Translations under genes and position numbers: made by a program | Shown: positions 47,301 to 56,547 of the stretch, piece after piece | Numbering within the stretch: the first letter of the stretch is position 1 | Layout: the number at the start of each line of letters is the position of its first letter | Source: a virus | Reading direction: 5' to 3' (one strand) | Virus record (IMG/VR): IMGVR_UViG_3300042389_001027 | Location: 1 to 64,000 of that record | DNA length: 64,000 nucleotides | Notes under the pieces: model-generated | What the model saw: the letters and a program-made list of their open reading frames with translations, nothing else | Told to the model about the DNA's origin: nothing | Database searches by the model: none

Positions 47301-47811
47301 ATCACAGATTGCTGGCATGTCTGGAATTGACCAAAAAACAGCAGAAAACATGATGCTAAACCAGATTGCTACGGGCGGTATTGATGCATTTACTATGCAG
47401 CAAGAGTTGCTGAAGAGTGTGGCTTTGACCACAGCAGGACAGAAGGGCGGCATATCTCAAGAAGACTTCCTGCTCGGCATGAGTGGGGGAATTGAGCAAC
47501 TTACAGCAATGGCGACCAAGGCGTTTGAGTTACAGTCATACAGTGACCCAACCTACGGAGGTGGTGGAGTGATGATGGCGCCGCCTGTAGCCGCTGGTGG
47601 TATCTCAACAGGTACTGCCACCCTTCAGCCTATTACTAGTACGCAGAACATTCAGGTTGGGGAAACGAAGATTACTGTTAGTGGCATTCTTAGCCCATCT
47701 GACGCGCAAAAAATTGCGAACGCTGTCGCTGGCGTACAGGGGAATTGGTTTGAACGTGTCGGTGTCGGTGTTGGCGCTTATGCTGGCAAGCAATTGCCAA
47801 CAGGTCCGTAG
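44338..47811 (+). CDS. Tape measure protein
   Basis: 1157 aa, Ala/Gly-rich, helical, with hydrophobic segments; canonical position. Confidence 0.9.
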   Translation: MAEQVTIKINIKADTAVIERVRAQLKSLCREADDCSDTFDKYSKKLNETSRSQKKLTQTTDENSSAIKRLSGATRRAGNDGGKFGKSMGMLSKIASGFGKILMGVIKFGIKYLAIELALAAAVIASSVLWFKTASIAAKGYQMAVAGAGYALTALAAAGSAFLAAQEQFASVQFAPMFTEGLVNSTDKFESASLAMKSFVNDSSMAVFGTKALSGAFAEMAKNLDGQKLGEATAAMRQMGNVAAGMGGDISKNFGDVSGFVTSFMKEGKLTDKVKKQGEELSPIFKKVMEEQIKAGNTTYEKFMATVGENQTFKDAYGGQLSALNDTVIGRFKAAITDIKKSFTSMGAPMLGPLTKAIGKIKNLILALLIRVRGSVEEVGSGSLLDGLVKGIEKLTLLMGRMMTSDLGKAGDAVDKIKNGWKSVLRVFERISDYLRPLQEAARVLFDALKPIFSALFGNLDSSIKGLSDTLVKNKDRFIEFTTSIGNFIKQFGAFGMMLKDAFVSAMPIFSKILDIFSLVLKAVTGIGKAITALTGPLGSFAMIVGGIFGAKMLKGAGGLKGLLTGKGGGKGVMGAVGGAVGTNTATMNVNAGVVNVMGGAAGAAGGVLDAATGGGKGKAGRFGKIGAKFSKIGTAIKGASKLKVAGGAAVLAAGAYGANKIGEFAGSKFKDDSIASKSGGALTGAAGGAAIGAAVGSVVPVVGTAMGAVVGGIIGGVSGWFSAGKNKKKANEAAKNMVASYTSAVDEAFANGDVEGLLALKAGMIDEIAASAAGDIDVYNKKIAELQPELDKINKRIDTFASNAEQMGKYLDIDGDKMNELTEKFGFQFQTRFISIFEVIGRAGEELGIDLATFFKDVLGEIHQVQNSMILDLMDSPAKIAELGKELDASQAAYMSGDTTDEAKDKLIKDQYAYALEQTGGDAMKALALTESRFREGNAVGGAFEGKGMALIERMGAGGMGLLGDSTESKQNLVNIARESGSVTLGASQIAGMSGIDQKTAENMMLNQIATGGIDAFTMQQELLKSVALTTAGQKGGISQEDFLLGMSGGIEQLTAMATKAFELQSYSDPTYGGGGVMMAPPVAAGGISTGTATLQPITSTQNIQVGETKITVSGILSPSDAQKIANAVAGVQGNWFERVGVGVGAYAGKQLPTGP

Positions 47812-47821
47812 GTAGGAGATT

Positions 47822-48619
47822 ATGGCAACTATTGATAACCTTAATCACGCAGGGCGAGTCTACGCAAAACCCAAACGTGCCGCTTCTGGCACGAACGTCG
47901 TCAAGATTCAACGCTCCAATGTTTCTCGCGTAATCACATTTGACAACCAAGAACCTCAAGCATTCATGCGTCTTTTGCCTGTCCAGTCAGACGATACGGT
48001 TTATGAGTTTCATTTTCCGTACTCACCTGTCAACATTTCGTACAGTGGTCTATCTAATGAGATAGCCGAAATTGATAGACCTGGTGCTACCGCAATTCTT
48101 GCCTATAAAAAACATCAATTGCTAAAAGCATCGTTTGATTTTATTCTAGCCGTACCTTTTGATGGTATTAAAACTTCAATAGATACTGACATTGCGATAT
48201 TGCGCAAAATGGCAGAACACACAACACGACCCGTGCGAGTATTCAATCTAGATAAGATGTTTGAGAGGACAGCACGACGTCGTTACCAGCCTGCAAACAC
48301 GCGGCACAGGTCGTATGTTACAAAGTTTCGTATCGCCGAACTTTCTATTTCAAGCGTGAAACGCAACGCCTCTGGAGGTATCACTCAAGCGGATTGCAGT
48401 ATCACACTTATTGAAGATGTCAATCCAAAAATTGACGTTGCGTTGATTCCTAAATTTGTACCGCCGCCAACAATTCCAAAGAAGCCGACCACACCAAAAA
48501 CTACAACGCCAAAATCATTGCCAAAGGCATCAACCACAACAGAGACTGCCGCTAAACAAAATCTTGCTTGGGCACCTAAAAAATTGTCACCTGCGGACAT
48601 TAGGCGACTCGCAAGATAA
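47822..48619 (+). CDS. Putative tail tube initiator/baseplate protein
   Basis: FPYSP.NI.YS...EIDRPG; position after the tape measure gene. Confidence 0.65.
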   Translation: MATIDNLNHAGRVYAKPKRAASGTNVVKIQRSNVSRVITFDNQEPQAFMRLLPVQSDDTVYEFHFPYSPVNISYSGLSNEIAEIDRPGATAILAYKKHQLLKASFDFILAVPFDGIKTSIDTDIAILRKMAEHTTRPVRVFNLDKMFERTARRRYQPANTRHRSYVTKFRIAELSISSVKRNASGGITQADCSITLIEDVNPKIDVALIPKFVPPPTIPKKPTTPKTTTPKSLPKASTTTETAAKQNLAWAPKKLSPADIRRLAR

Positions 48620-48628
48620 ATAACGACC

Positions 48629-49912
48629 ATGATTGATTCCACTGTATTTCGTCCCGTAGGCGCTCCTCCGCCTGGTTACCCCTATGCGCAAGCAATACTG
48701 GAATACGGCAATATAAATATGCTGAATCGCCCAAGAGTGGTGAACACAGATGGCAGTATCTCAACTGTAAGGTCAATCAGTTTTAGTATACGTAACACTG
48801 ATGGCGGTCGTAATAGAATACTTCACATTTTAATCCCTACTGTTCATGATGATGGCTATATCATGACTGATGAGAGGGCTATTAAACTTTTTAAAAAAAC
48901 AGAAAATCATTTAGGTATATTCGCCACAAAAAAAGATATCAACCGCTACGCCGTCATGTTGCATGATATGGAGCAGGCTCGTATAAATGGCGAAGAATAT
49001 GAGCAGCCATTTTCCAGCCCTGACCAAACCGCCATTTATGATGCAATAACATCTTTTCGTGTCAGTTATGGCTTATCTGCGGGGGCTGAAATAAGTGTTG
49101 ATTTTGCTGACTTTCAAGGAAATATGTTTAAAAACAACTATTTTCAAATTGGGCAACAGTATTTTTATCGTAACGCACCTTTCCAGATGGCATCAGTTGA
49201 AGTTGGACAAGGTGAAGGCGAGCACTGGAATGTGCGATGTAAGTTGCGCACATGGCAGCAGCAGCAAATGAAAGAAGATTTACACCCTGAAGTTTTAAAG
49301 TCCGCTAATGGTTTTGAGTTTGCACAAAAAGTCGCTCAAAATTACGGTTTGGGGTTTGTGGGGGAGGAAGTCAAGGGCAAGCAACAGCAGATAAAAGTTA
49401 AAGCCAAAAATAACAAGGAAAGCGTATGGGATGTTCTGCAACGTGCCGCAGGGGATAACCAATACTATTGTTTTATTGCTGATGGTAATTTATTTTTCTG
49501 CAGCCCAAAGTTTTTGTTGGGCAATTGGGGAATTGACGAGGTTCCTATTTTCGGGAAAATGTTCAAATACATCCCAATCATTTACCCAACACCAGAAACT
49601 GAAAAACGGTTTTTAGTTATGGGTTTGCCTGAAATGAAATCATCATTTGATTCTCCCAAGGAAGGGGAGGGAAGCGCCCAGTTGTGGCGCGACAATGCAA
49701 CACAGATACGCGCGGGGATGACCGTGTTTGTCAAAAACATGGGGGCGTATGATGGTGGCTATATCATTAGTTCTGTTGAGTATGCCGAGGGTGAGCCAGA
49801 ACCTGTTTCTATTAGTTTTTCAACAGTTGAAAAACTTGCACCAGAAGACCAGAAAAAAGTTGATGAAAAGGTTTCGGAAATAACAGTTATTAGTGGGAGC
49901 GGTGGAAAATAA
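48629..49912 (+). CDS. Baseplate hub (gpD/Mu gp44-like) with an extra N-terminal domain
   Basis: VAQNYGL, ESVWDVLQR, DGNLFF, IRAGMTV..G.YDG.YII. Confidence 0.7.
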   Translation: MIDSTVFRPVGAPPPGYPYAQAILEYGNINMLNRPRVVNTDGSISTVRSISFSIRNTDGGRNRILHILIPTVHDDGYIMTDERAIKLFKKTENHLGIFATKKDINRYAVMLHDMEQARINGEEYEQPFSSPDQTAIYDAITSFRVSYGLSAGAEISVDFADFQGNMFKNNYFQIGQQYFYRNAPFQMASVEVGQGEGEHWNVRCKLRTWQQQQMKEDLHPEVLKSANGFEFAQKVAQNYGLGFVGEEVKGKQQQIKVKAKNNKESVWDVLQRAAGDNQYYCFIADGNLFFCSPKFLLGNWGIDEVPIFGKMFKYIPIIYPTPETEKRFLVMGLPEMKSSFDSPKEGEGSAQLWRDNATQIRAGMTVFVKNMGAYDGGYIISSVEYAEGEPEPVSISFSTVEKLAPEDQKKVDEKVSEITVISGSGGK

Positions 49913-50197
49913 ATGTCTTACAACTATTTATCTGAACCAAGTTTTTATTCAAGCGGTAAAGACTTGGTGCCAGCAGGTATTCATCTTGGTATTGTTAAGA
50001 GCGCGAGTTCAGCAACAAAATCTGTCATGGTGCTTGTTCCTTCAATTAACGAAAATGACGTGATTGGTCCGTGCAGGATTGTTGTTCCCCTGACATCTGG
50101 GGCGACTGTTGTGATGCCTGCGGTAAATACAAAAGTTATTGTTGCATTCCTTGACGGCAGTTACGACCAAGGTGTTTGCCTTGGCAAACTGCAGTAG
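49913..50197 (+). CDS. Baseplate spike (gpV/gp5 OB-fold)
   Basis: GIV...V.VP...MP.V...VIVAF.DG....VCLG. Confidence 0.75.
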   Translation: MSYNYLSEPSFYSSGKDLVPAGIHLGIVKSASSATKSVMVLVPSINENDVIGPCRIVVPLTSGATVVMPAVNTKVIVAFLDGSYDQGVCLGKLQ

Positions 50198-50235
50198 GTA
50201 TACGGTTACGCCATGTTCTGTGGGAGAATAAGTTA

Positions 50236-50538
50236 ATGGATATGCTTTCCTTGCCGCTGACTTTTAGCAACGGCTCAGCAAAACTCTTCACCGAGGGTAC
50301 GGACGAGTACTACGCCGAACTTTTGTCAAGAATTATGCAAATAGAACCAGGGGAGTTCCCAATTTCCATTTTTTTTGGCGTCCCCGACCCAACCTTTAGC
50401 GGGCTCAATAAAGCGACACTTGCGGAACTTGCCTCCCAATATGTCCCCGAAGTTGAACTTACAGATATTGAAAGCATCATAAGTGAAGACAACTTAGGTG
50501 AAGAAACTCTTATGATTTACTTTGAGAGGGCAGAATGA
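50236..50538 (+). CDS. Baseplate wedge gp25/gpW-like protein
   Basis: PGE.P...FGV.DP; YVPEV. Confidence 0.75.
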   Translation: MDMLSLPLTFSNGSAKLFTEGTDEYYAELLSRIMQIEPGEFPISIFFGVPDPTFSGLNKATLAELASQYVPEVELTDIESIISEDNLGEETLMIYFERAE

Positions 50539-51722
50539 CATCGCCAGACTTCCGAGAGTACGTTGACCTCACCATCTACGACACTACGCCCCAAATCCTA
50601 TATGACGATTCTGTTACATATGCGCAAACCGCAATGCCAGAATTTGAACCACGAATTGGAACAATTGAAGATGCGCTCCTGCAAGGCATGGCATTTGTTG
50701 GGGCAATCTTAGCCACAGGAATAAACAGGCTCCCAAACGGTCTAATGGAGGGAATCCTCAACCTACTTGGCTTTACTCGCAACGAAGCACAGTTCGCAAC
50801 AGGCACAGCAACGATTACGACCAGCATTAATAGTGGCACCATAATCCCCAAAGGGACAGTGTTCACATATGACGTATTTGAGGACGGGATTACCACCTCG
50901 TATCCATTTGAAACAGATTCTGACCTCGTTCTTGCATCAACATTTGACGAAGGCGACATAACAATAACCGCTACCAACGCAGGCAAATATCCCGCTCTGC
51001 TTGCTGGTCAGTCACTGACTCTCGTATCACAAGTGCCATACGTGATTGCCGTTGAACTTACGGATGACATTGAAGTCGGCGCAGATGCCGAAACTCAGAC
51101 ACAGTTTTTTAATCGCGGTGCACAGTACTTGGCTTCACTAAATTCAACTATTGCAACCTCTGCGCAAATGACTAATTACATTAGTGCAAACTATACAACT
51201 GTTCCTGTGTTTAAAGTATACGATTTAGTAAACAGTTCGGATATGCTTTTTGCTACAGCGGACGCCCCTGGCTATGTGACTGTTTCAGTTTGCAACACAG
51301 ACGGAGGTGCTTTGACTTCAACTGTCAAAAATGACCTTCTCGCAGACTTGGACGACAGGTGTGTCGCGGGCTTGACAATCGCAGTTGTTGACATGCTTAA
51401 CTTCACTGTCCAAGTAAACGTTTCCGTTTCCGTTTTAGATGGTTTCACTCCGTCAACCGTAACGGATGAAGTTGCTGCTGTTTTGGATTCATATCTCACT
51501 TATTCTGGATGGGATTTCTCTGAAACGATTAATAAAAACATTCTGATTGCCAAGGCTTCACAGGTTCCTGGTGTGAGGTACATTTCTTCGCTTGCCATTG
51601 TTATCACTGGTTCTACGACCTATGCAGAAATGGAAGAGGTTGCATCTGTGGAGACTGGCAACGTTACGATTTTGCGCGCTGGTGTTGTGCCAGTCGGAGT
51701 AGCGGAAGTATCGGTCATCTGA
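50535..51722 (+). CDS. Baseplate J-like protein
   Basis: LGFTR..A..ATG, IPKGT.F, GADAET, VPGV. Confidence 0.88.
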   Translation: MTSPDFREYVDLTIYDTTPQILYDDSVTYAQTAMPEFEPRIGTIEDALLQGMAFVGAILATGINRLPNGLMEGILNLLGFTRNEAQFATGTATITTSINSGTIIPKGTVFTYDVFEDGITTSYPFETDSDLVLASTFDEGDITITATNAGKYPALLAGQSLTLVSQVPYVIAVELTDDIEVGADAETQTQFFNRGAQYLASLNSTIATSAQMTNYISANYTTVPVFKVYDLVNSSDMLFATADAPGYVTVSVCNTDGGALTSTVKNDLLADLDDRCVAGLTIAVVDMLNFTVQVNVSVSVLDGFTPSTVTDEVAAVLDSYLTYSGWDFSETINKNILIAKASQVPGVRYISSLAIVITGSTTYAEMEEVASVETGNVTILRAGVVPVGVAEVSVI

Positions 51723-51724
51723 CC

Positions 51725-52969
51725 ATGGGTTTGACAGTGAACTCCATCGCATCTGACGACGCCGACTTTCTGTCTTTGACCGTCCCTGCGGATTGGACTG
51801 CGATAAATGCTGGAACGCTCACTATTGACCTTAACGAAAATAAAAACATCGGTTCTGGTTCGCTTGCCATAGTACCAACAGACACTGCTTCTGAGGTGCG
51901 TTTTAATTATGCCCTTAGTTCTTTGACCGCCAAAACATCATTGGATTTTGTTCGCGATAAAGCGGAATCATACGTGTGGGTGAGAGCAACAAAAAACATA
52001 ACTATCACTCCTACCTTAACCCTTACTAGGGTTATGAGTACAACCCCAACTTCTTCTGACATCGTTGTCGCTACGGGGAGCACGGTGGATATTACTTCTG
52101 GTGAATGGTACCTAGTGCGAACCGACCCTGTTTCTATTCCAGTTTCCCCTGCAAACGCGCATTACCACATATCTCTCACATATGATATTTCTTGTCCATC
52201 GCCCAACACTACAACAGTTTATTTAAATAAACCTACTGTGTATAATCAGTTGGCGTTGCTGCGGAACCTATATCTCATGGATGTGTGGGAAACACTTCCA
52301 CAAATATTCAAAGACCGCGACCTTGAAACACCGCTCCCTAGTTATCCAATACTCCGCCTAATGGAAATCGGGATGGCAGTGCACGGAATTATCTACGACC
52401 TCGCACGAGGATTTCAGTACAACGATATTTCCGAAGGCAAGGACGTGACTGACGTTGAGACACTAAGCCTCTTGACCGACCCTCTCAGGGTTCCGCGTGA
52501 ATACATGCCATGGCTTGCACAATTCACTGGAACAAAACTGCTTAACCCTGTTTCTGGTGCTACGCCTTGGGCAAACCTTCCAGAAACATGGCAAGGTATT
52601 GACGAAATTGACACAACAGTAGACGCTAATGACTCTGTTGCGTGGGGAGAACTACAAGGTTTTGCCCCAGAAATTGCTGGATTGGATGAATTTTTCCAAT
52701 GGCAGATTGAAACTGGTTATTACGGTTATTCCGCAGGTTCCACGGCGGCTATCCGTGAAGCAACGAAACGTGTTCTTACTGGCACAAAAACGTGCACCAT
52801 CACTAAAAGATACACGGGTTCTCCGTGGAAGATGAGAATCCAAACAAAGTATTCCGAGACACCAGATGCCGACGTGACCATGGTGGGTGATTCCATCGGT
52901 GAAATGCTTGAATTAATGGAGCCAGCGCGACCATTAGGGGTCTCTCTTACTCACGAAATTATTGCATAG
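51725..52969 (+). CDS. Baseplate wedge/tail protein (P2 gpI-like C-terminus)
   Basis: DP..VP..YMPWLAQF.G, GS..AI, ARPLG. Confidence 0.75.
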   Translation: MGLTVNSIASDDADFLSLTVPADWTAINAGTLTIDLNENKNIGSGSLAIVPTDTASEVRFNYALSSLTAKTSLDFVRDKAESYVWVRATKNITITPTLTLTRVMSTTPTSSDIVVATGSTVDITSGEWYLVRTDPVSIPVSPANAHYHISLTYDISCPSPNTTTVYLNKPTVYNQLALLRNLYLMDVWETLPQIFKDRDLETPLPSYPILRLMEIGMAVHGIIYDLARGFQYNDISEGKDVTDVETLSLLTDPLRVPREYMPWLAQFTGTKLLNPVSGATPWANLPETWQGIDEIDTTVDANDSVAWGELQGFAPEIAGLDEFFQWQIETGYYGYSAGSTAAIREATKRVLTGTKTCTITKRYTGSPWKMRIQTKYSETPDADVTMVGDSIGEMLELMEPARPLGVSLTHEIIA

Positions 52970-53003
52970 TTGTATACTTAACAAGCCGCCGTAGGAGATT
53001 TGC

Positions 53004-54494
53004 ATGACAGCCTCACAGACAACCCGTTTTGAACTCTGGACGTGGGAAAGCAGTAACGACGAGTTCACTCGCGTTCAGATGACTGACTCGCACGAACAGT
53101 TGGAAGAATTTTCTGCAAAATTCATGACGGGTGCTGGTTCCCCTTCGGTGACAACAGATGCCACGACAAAAGCATTTTATTGGGACACGACAAATGGAAC
53201 TCTTTTCTTTAGAGGAACTGACATTGACGGAACGAGCCATTCATGGACGCAGATTTCCCATGCGTTTGATACTCCGACACAAATAACCAATACCGCAGCC
53301 TCTGCTGGTACTGGTTCATCTCTCGCTCGCGCGAATCATGTCCATAGCGTAAGTACGGCAACCGCAATTGATATCGCTTCATCCAGTGGTGCTGGTTCTG
53401 GAACTGCGCTCGCTCTTGCGAACCACGCGCACGCTATCCCTACTGGTCATATCACCAACGCGATGATTTCCAACACGGCGGCGATTTCGTCAACCAAGAT
53501 TTCTGGGTCGGTTGCAGCAGCGGATAAATGGAATACTGCACGGACAATCACGCTTGTTGGTGATGTAACTGGTTCGGTGTCTATTGATGGAAATTCAAAC
53601 GTTGAATTAACAGCGACAGTGGTTAATGAAAGCCATGAGCATGCCACACAGTATCAGCCCCTTGATTCTGACCTTACAGCGCTTGCAGGGCTCGCTACGA
53701 CTGGATTTGTTGTCAGAACTGCATCTGGAACAGCGACTACACGCAGTATTAGCGTGTCTGGTTCTGGAATAACTATCTCAAATGGCAATGGTGTAAGCGG
53801 TGACACGACAATAACTCTTGCATCAGCCTCGGCAAACACCGCATCACATCTCGTCTTGCGTGACGCGAGCGGAAACTTTTCGGCTGGAGCAATCACCGCT
53901 ACGCTCTCTGGAAACGCGACGACCGCATCAGCATGGCAAACCGCAAGAACAATTACTGTATCTGGTGACGCTTCTGGAACCGTTTCAATTGATGGTTCCG
54001 ACAATGCATCCCTGTCACTCACTGTCAGTAATGCTGCCCAAGCATCAAAGTGGACAACAGCCCGAACAATCACGCTGTCTGGAGATGCATCAGGTTCCGT
54101 CTCAATTGATGGTAGTAGCGCAACAAACACCCTTTCCGCAACGGTTGCTACAGCATCTGCGTTGCGTACTGCTCGCACTTTTACATTTACGGGTGACGTT
54201 GCGACGACCAATGCTGGCTCTACGGACGTTACGGGAACATTTGATGGCACTGGCTCACCATCGTTCAGTCTCCGAGTAAAAAACGACAGTCACACACACG
54301 ACACCCGTTACTACACAGAAACTGAAATCCACGCCGCAAAGTTGTATCAATACGCCAACAACACAAGTGGCACGGGAACGGCACTCCCGTCAGAGGCTGG
54401 GCGTACCACCCCACGCATATTCGTTCAATCTACTGAACCAACGTATACCTCGCCTGCCGTAGCCGTAACTGGCGACATTTGGTTCCAAATCTGA
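53004..54494 (+). CDS. Tail fibre protein
   Basis: S/T/A/G-rich; repeated TARTI..GD..G.V.IDG; ends GDIWFQI. Confidence 0.8.
   Translation: MTASQTTRFELWTWESSNDEFTRVQMTDSHEQLEEFSAKFMTGAGSPSVTTDATTKAFYWDTTNGTLFFRGTDIDGTSHSWTQISHAFDTPTQITNTAASAGTGSSLARANHVHSVSTATAIDIASSSGAGSGTALALANHAHAIPTGHITNAMISNTAAISSTKISGSVAAADKWNTARTITLVGDVTGSVSIDGNSNVELTATVVNESHEHATQYQPLDSDLTALAGLATTGFVVRTASGTATTRSISVSGSGITISNGNGVSGDTTITLASASANTASHLVLRDASGNFSAGAITATLSGNATTASAWQTARTITVSGDASGTVSIDGSDNASLSLTVSNAAQASKWTTARTITLSGDASGSVSIDGSSATNTLSATVATASALRTARTFTFTGDVATTNAGSTDVTGTFDGTGSPSFSLRVKNDSHTHDTRYYTETEIHAAKLYQYANNTSGTGTALPSEAGRTTPRIFVQSTEPTYTSPAVAVTGDIWFQI
53530..54260 (+). repeat. Four degenerate coding repeats (W/L-x-TART-I/F-T-x-x-GD-x-x-G...DG) in the tail fibre
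   Basis: WNTARTITLVGDVTG, WQTARTITVSGDASG, WTTARTITLSGDASG, LRTARTFTFTGDV. Confidence 0.75.
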
Positions 54495-54697
54495 TGAATA
54501 CGGGAAAAGTTCACATCTTCTCTGATGGATGCTGGCGGCAAGTCAGGGCTGCGTATTCGTGGCGCAACGGCTGGGTACAGGTACGCTCTCTCCAAGTTAT
54601 GGCAGATACTGGGTGGGTGCGTATCTCATTCGCTGATGGTTCAGAAACACTAGACACTATGGATAATTGGGACGAACTATTAGCGTTGGCGGCTTGA
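54494..54697 (+). CDS. Small tail-fibre-associated protein
   Basis: TGATG coupling; repeated G-W-x-x-V. Confidence 0.6.
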   Translation: MNTGKVHIFSDGCWRQVRAAYSWRNGWVQVRSLQVMADTGWVRISFADGSETLDTMDNWDELLALAA

Positions 54698-54698
54698 G

Positions 54699-55031
54699 AT
54701 GTCTGCCGACCAGAAGATTGACCTCCAACTTGATGTCGCCCTAGTTACACGACTCTTACTAGCAGTATTTGGATTCACGACCTTTGCTAATGCCGAGATG
54801 ATTGTTCCTGGGTTTATTGCACTCGCTGCCGTCGGTGTTGTTCTTTTTCACATGCTTGTAGGCAAATATGTGGTGCATCGCCATATCTACATAGCCGCAA
54901 TGTCAACTTGGGGTAGCGCGATTATCGCGTGTGTAACTTATGACGCAGGGTTGACGTGCGTATCAATGTTTTTGTGTTTATATATATATGAACTATTTGT
55001 GTTTAAAAAGTGGGGCTTAATTCATGCCTGA
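54699..55031 (+). CDS. Multi-pass membrane protein (holin candidate)
   Basis: 3-4 hydrophobic segments. Confidence 0.55.
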   Translation: MSADQKIDLQLDVALVTRLLLAVFGFTTFANAEMIVPGFIALAAVGVVLFHMLVGKYVVHRHIYIAAMSTWGSAIIACVTYDAGLTCVSMFLCLYIYELFVFKKWGLIHA

Positions 55032-55353
55032 CATGACCAATCTCATTGTTGTCATAGGCTCTGTTGCTACTGCCGTAATTTCGGCAGTTGTTGTCATGCG
55101 TGGACAACGAGTGTCTGCGAGCGTTGACATGAAGGGCGTTGAGAATGAACAAGTCAAGACAATTTTTGATGGATACGGCAGCATTGTTGACGACCTGCGT
55201 GCTGAAGTTATACGCCTCAAGGAAGTGATTGAGGGGCTACAATTAGAACAAGACGAATGCCTAAAGAAGAATGATGCTCTTTTGGCAGAAGTTGAGTTGT
55301 TGAAGCAACGCATACATCACTTGGAGGTCAACAATGGACGAACCACTGAGTGA
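55024..55353 (+). CDS. Single-TM + coiled-coil protein (lysis-cassette-like)
   Basis: N-terminal TM followed by heptad repeats. Confidence 0.6.
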   Translation: MPDMTNLIVVIGSVATAVISAVVVMRGQRVSASVDMKGVENEQVKTIFDGYGSIVDDLRAEVIRLKEVIEGLQLEQDECLKKNDALLAEVELLKQRIHHLEVNNGRTTE

Positions 55354-55585
55354 GGATGAGATTCTCCAAAATTTCACGGAGATGGTCAAGGGCTCTTTGC
55401 CCGACAGGGTTGTTACAAATTTCATCATTATTGCCGAAGTGGTCGGCGGTTCTGAAAACGATTTGAGTATTGCAACCTCGGATGGCATGACGCCCTGGCT
55501 TGCTACGGGGATGTTGCAGGCTGGCATGGACATGCTTGCTATGGGTTACCCAATAAGTTCTGATGATGATGAAGAAGATAGTTAA
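55334..55585 (+). CDS. Hypothetical acidic protein
   Basis: GGAGG RBS; PWLATGML motif. Confidence 0.65.
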   Translation: MDEPLSEDEILQNFTEMVKGSLPDRVVTNFIIIAEVVGGSENDLSIATSDGMTPWLATGMLQAGMDMLAMGYPISSDDDEEDS

Positions 55586-55673
55586 CAGTTATTACAATTT
55601 ACTCTTAGCGACTTACCATCGCACAGGGGTGTTTTTGGTCTAAAATCAAGAGTATCTACGTCTCGGAGAACCA

Positions 55674-56021
55674 ATGATTGCTGGTATTTACAACATAACA
55701 TGTGAGCAGGGTTCTACTTTTACGCGCACGTTTACTATCCAGAATCCTGATGGCACGATTTATCCGCTGTCCACATTCAAGGCGCGGATGCATATCCGCC
55801 GAGACGTTGACTCAACCACGGCGATGTTTAACGCCACAACGGAAAACGGTTGTATTGAGATTGAACCAAGCGTTGGTGAAATCATAGTTGACTTGACAGC
55901 ACAACAAACCGCTACATTGACACGAAACGGCGTTTATGACCTTGAGATTTATACCGACGATGGTCTGGTCTACAAGGTTGTCAAGGGTTTGTTTAGGGTT
56001 GAAAAAGAGGTGACGCGATGA
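55674..56021 (+). CDS. Virion protein (BppU-N-like Ig fold)
   Basis: YNI..EQGSTF, ARM.IR, LTA.QT..L..GVYDLEI, G.F.V.KEVTR. Confidence 0.75.
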   Translation: MIAGIYNITCEQGSTFTRTFTIQNPDGTIYPLSTFKARMHIRRDVDSTTAMFNATTENGCIEIEPSVGEIIVDLTAQQTATLTRNGVYDLEIYTDDGLVYKVVKGLFRVEKEVTR

Positions 56022-56194
56022 GTGGCGAAAACATTGTCGTCGTAGAAGAACTACGAAACACCGTAACTGTTGACGAGGAAGCACCCAATCAGGTGACAGT
56101 GAGTATCAACGGAAGCCCCCTGCGCGCCACTTCAACGACCCTTCTTCATGGAGTAGGCGCCCCATGGACAATTGAGATTGAAGTGGTGGCATAG
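56018..56194 (+). CDS. Small virion protein, N-terminal half of an apparently split gene
   Basis: 58 aa by hand translation: MSGENIVVVEELRNTVTV...TTLLHGVGAPWTIEIEVVA*; ATGA-coupled. Confidence 0.65.
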   Translation: MSGENIVVVEELRNTVTVDEEAPNQVTVSINGSPLRATSTTLLHGVGAPWTIEIEVVA

Positions 56195-56532
56195 TGCCTG
56201 CTTTTATTGCATCAGATTACGGCTCAATTGGCGACTACTACATTGACGTTGAAACTGGAGACTTTTACGGTCCGAAAACTGGAGAAGGTTGGCCTGATAC
56301 ACCGTTCTTTACGGCTGTCACAACGGTTACTCAGCAGAATGAACGCCATGTTTATACACAGGGTTCACCTTCTGCGACTTGGTCAATTACCCATCCATTA
56401 GGCGGGCGCCCTTCAGTTACAGTCGTTGATACTGCAGGAACCATGGTTATTGGTGAGGTAACATATAATAGCAACACACAGGTCACTGTGAATTTTACTT
56501 CAGCATTCTCTGGGTTCGCATACCTCACATAG
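56194..56532 (+). CDS. Virion protein, C-terminal half of an apparently split gene
   Basis: GSIGDYYID..TGDFYGPKT..GWP, then HVYTQ..PSATW.ITHPLG.RPSVTVVD...AFSG.AYL. Confidence 0.7.
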   Translation: MPAFIASDYGSIGDYYIDVETGDFYGPKTGEGWPDTPFFTAVTTVTQQNERHVYTQGSPSATWSITHPLGGRPSVTVVDTAGTMVIGEVTYNSNTQVTVNFTSAFSGFAYLT

Positions 56533-56547
56533 TCAAAGGTCGGTTTA

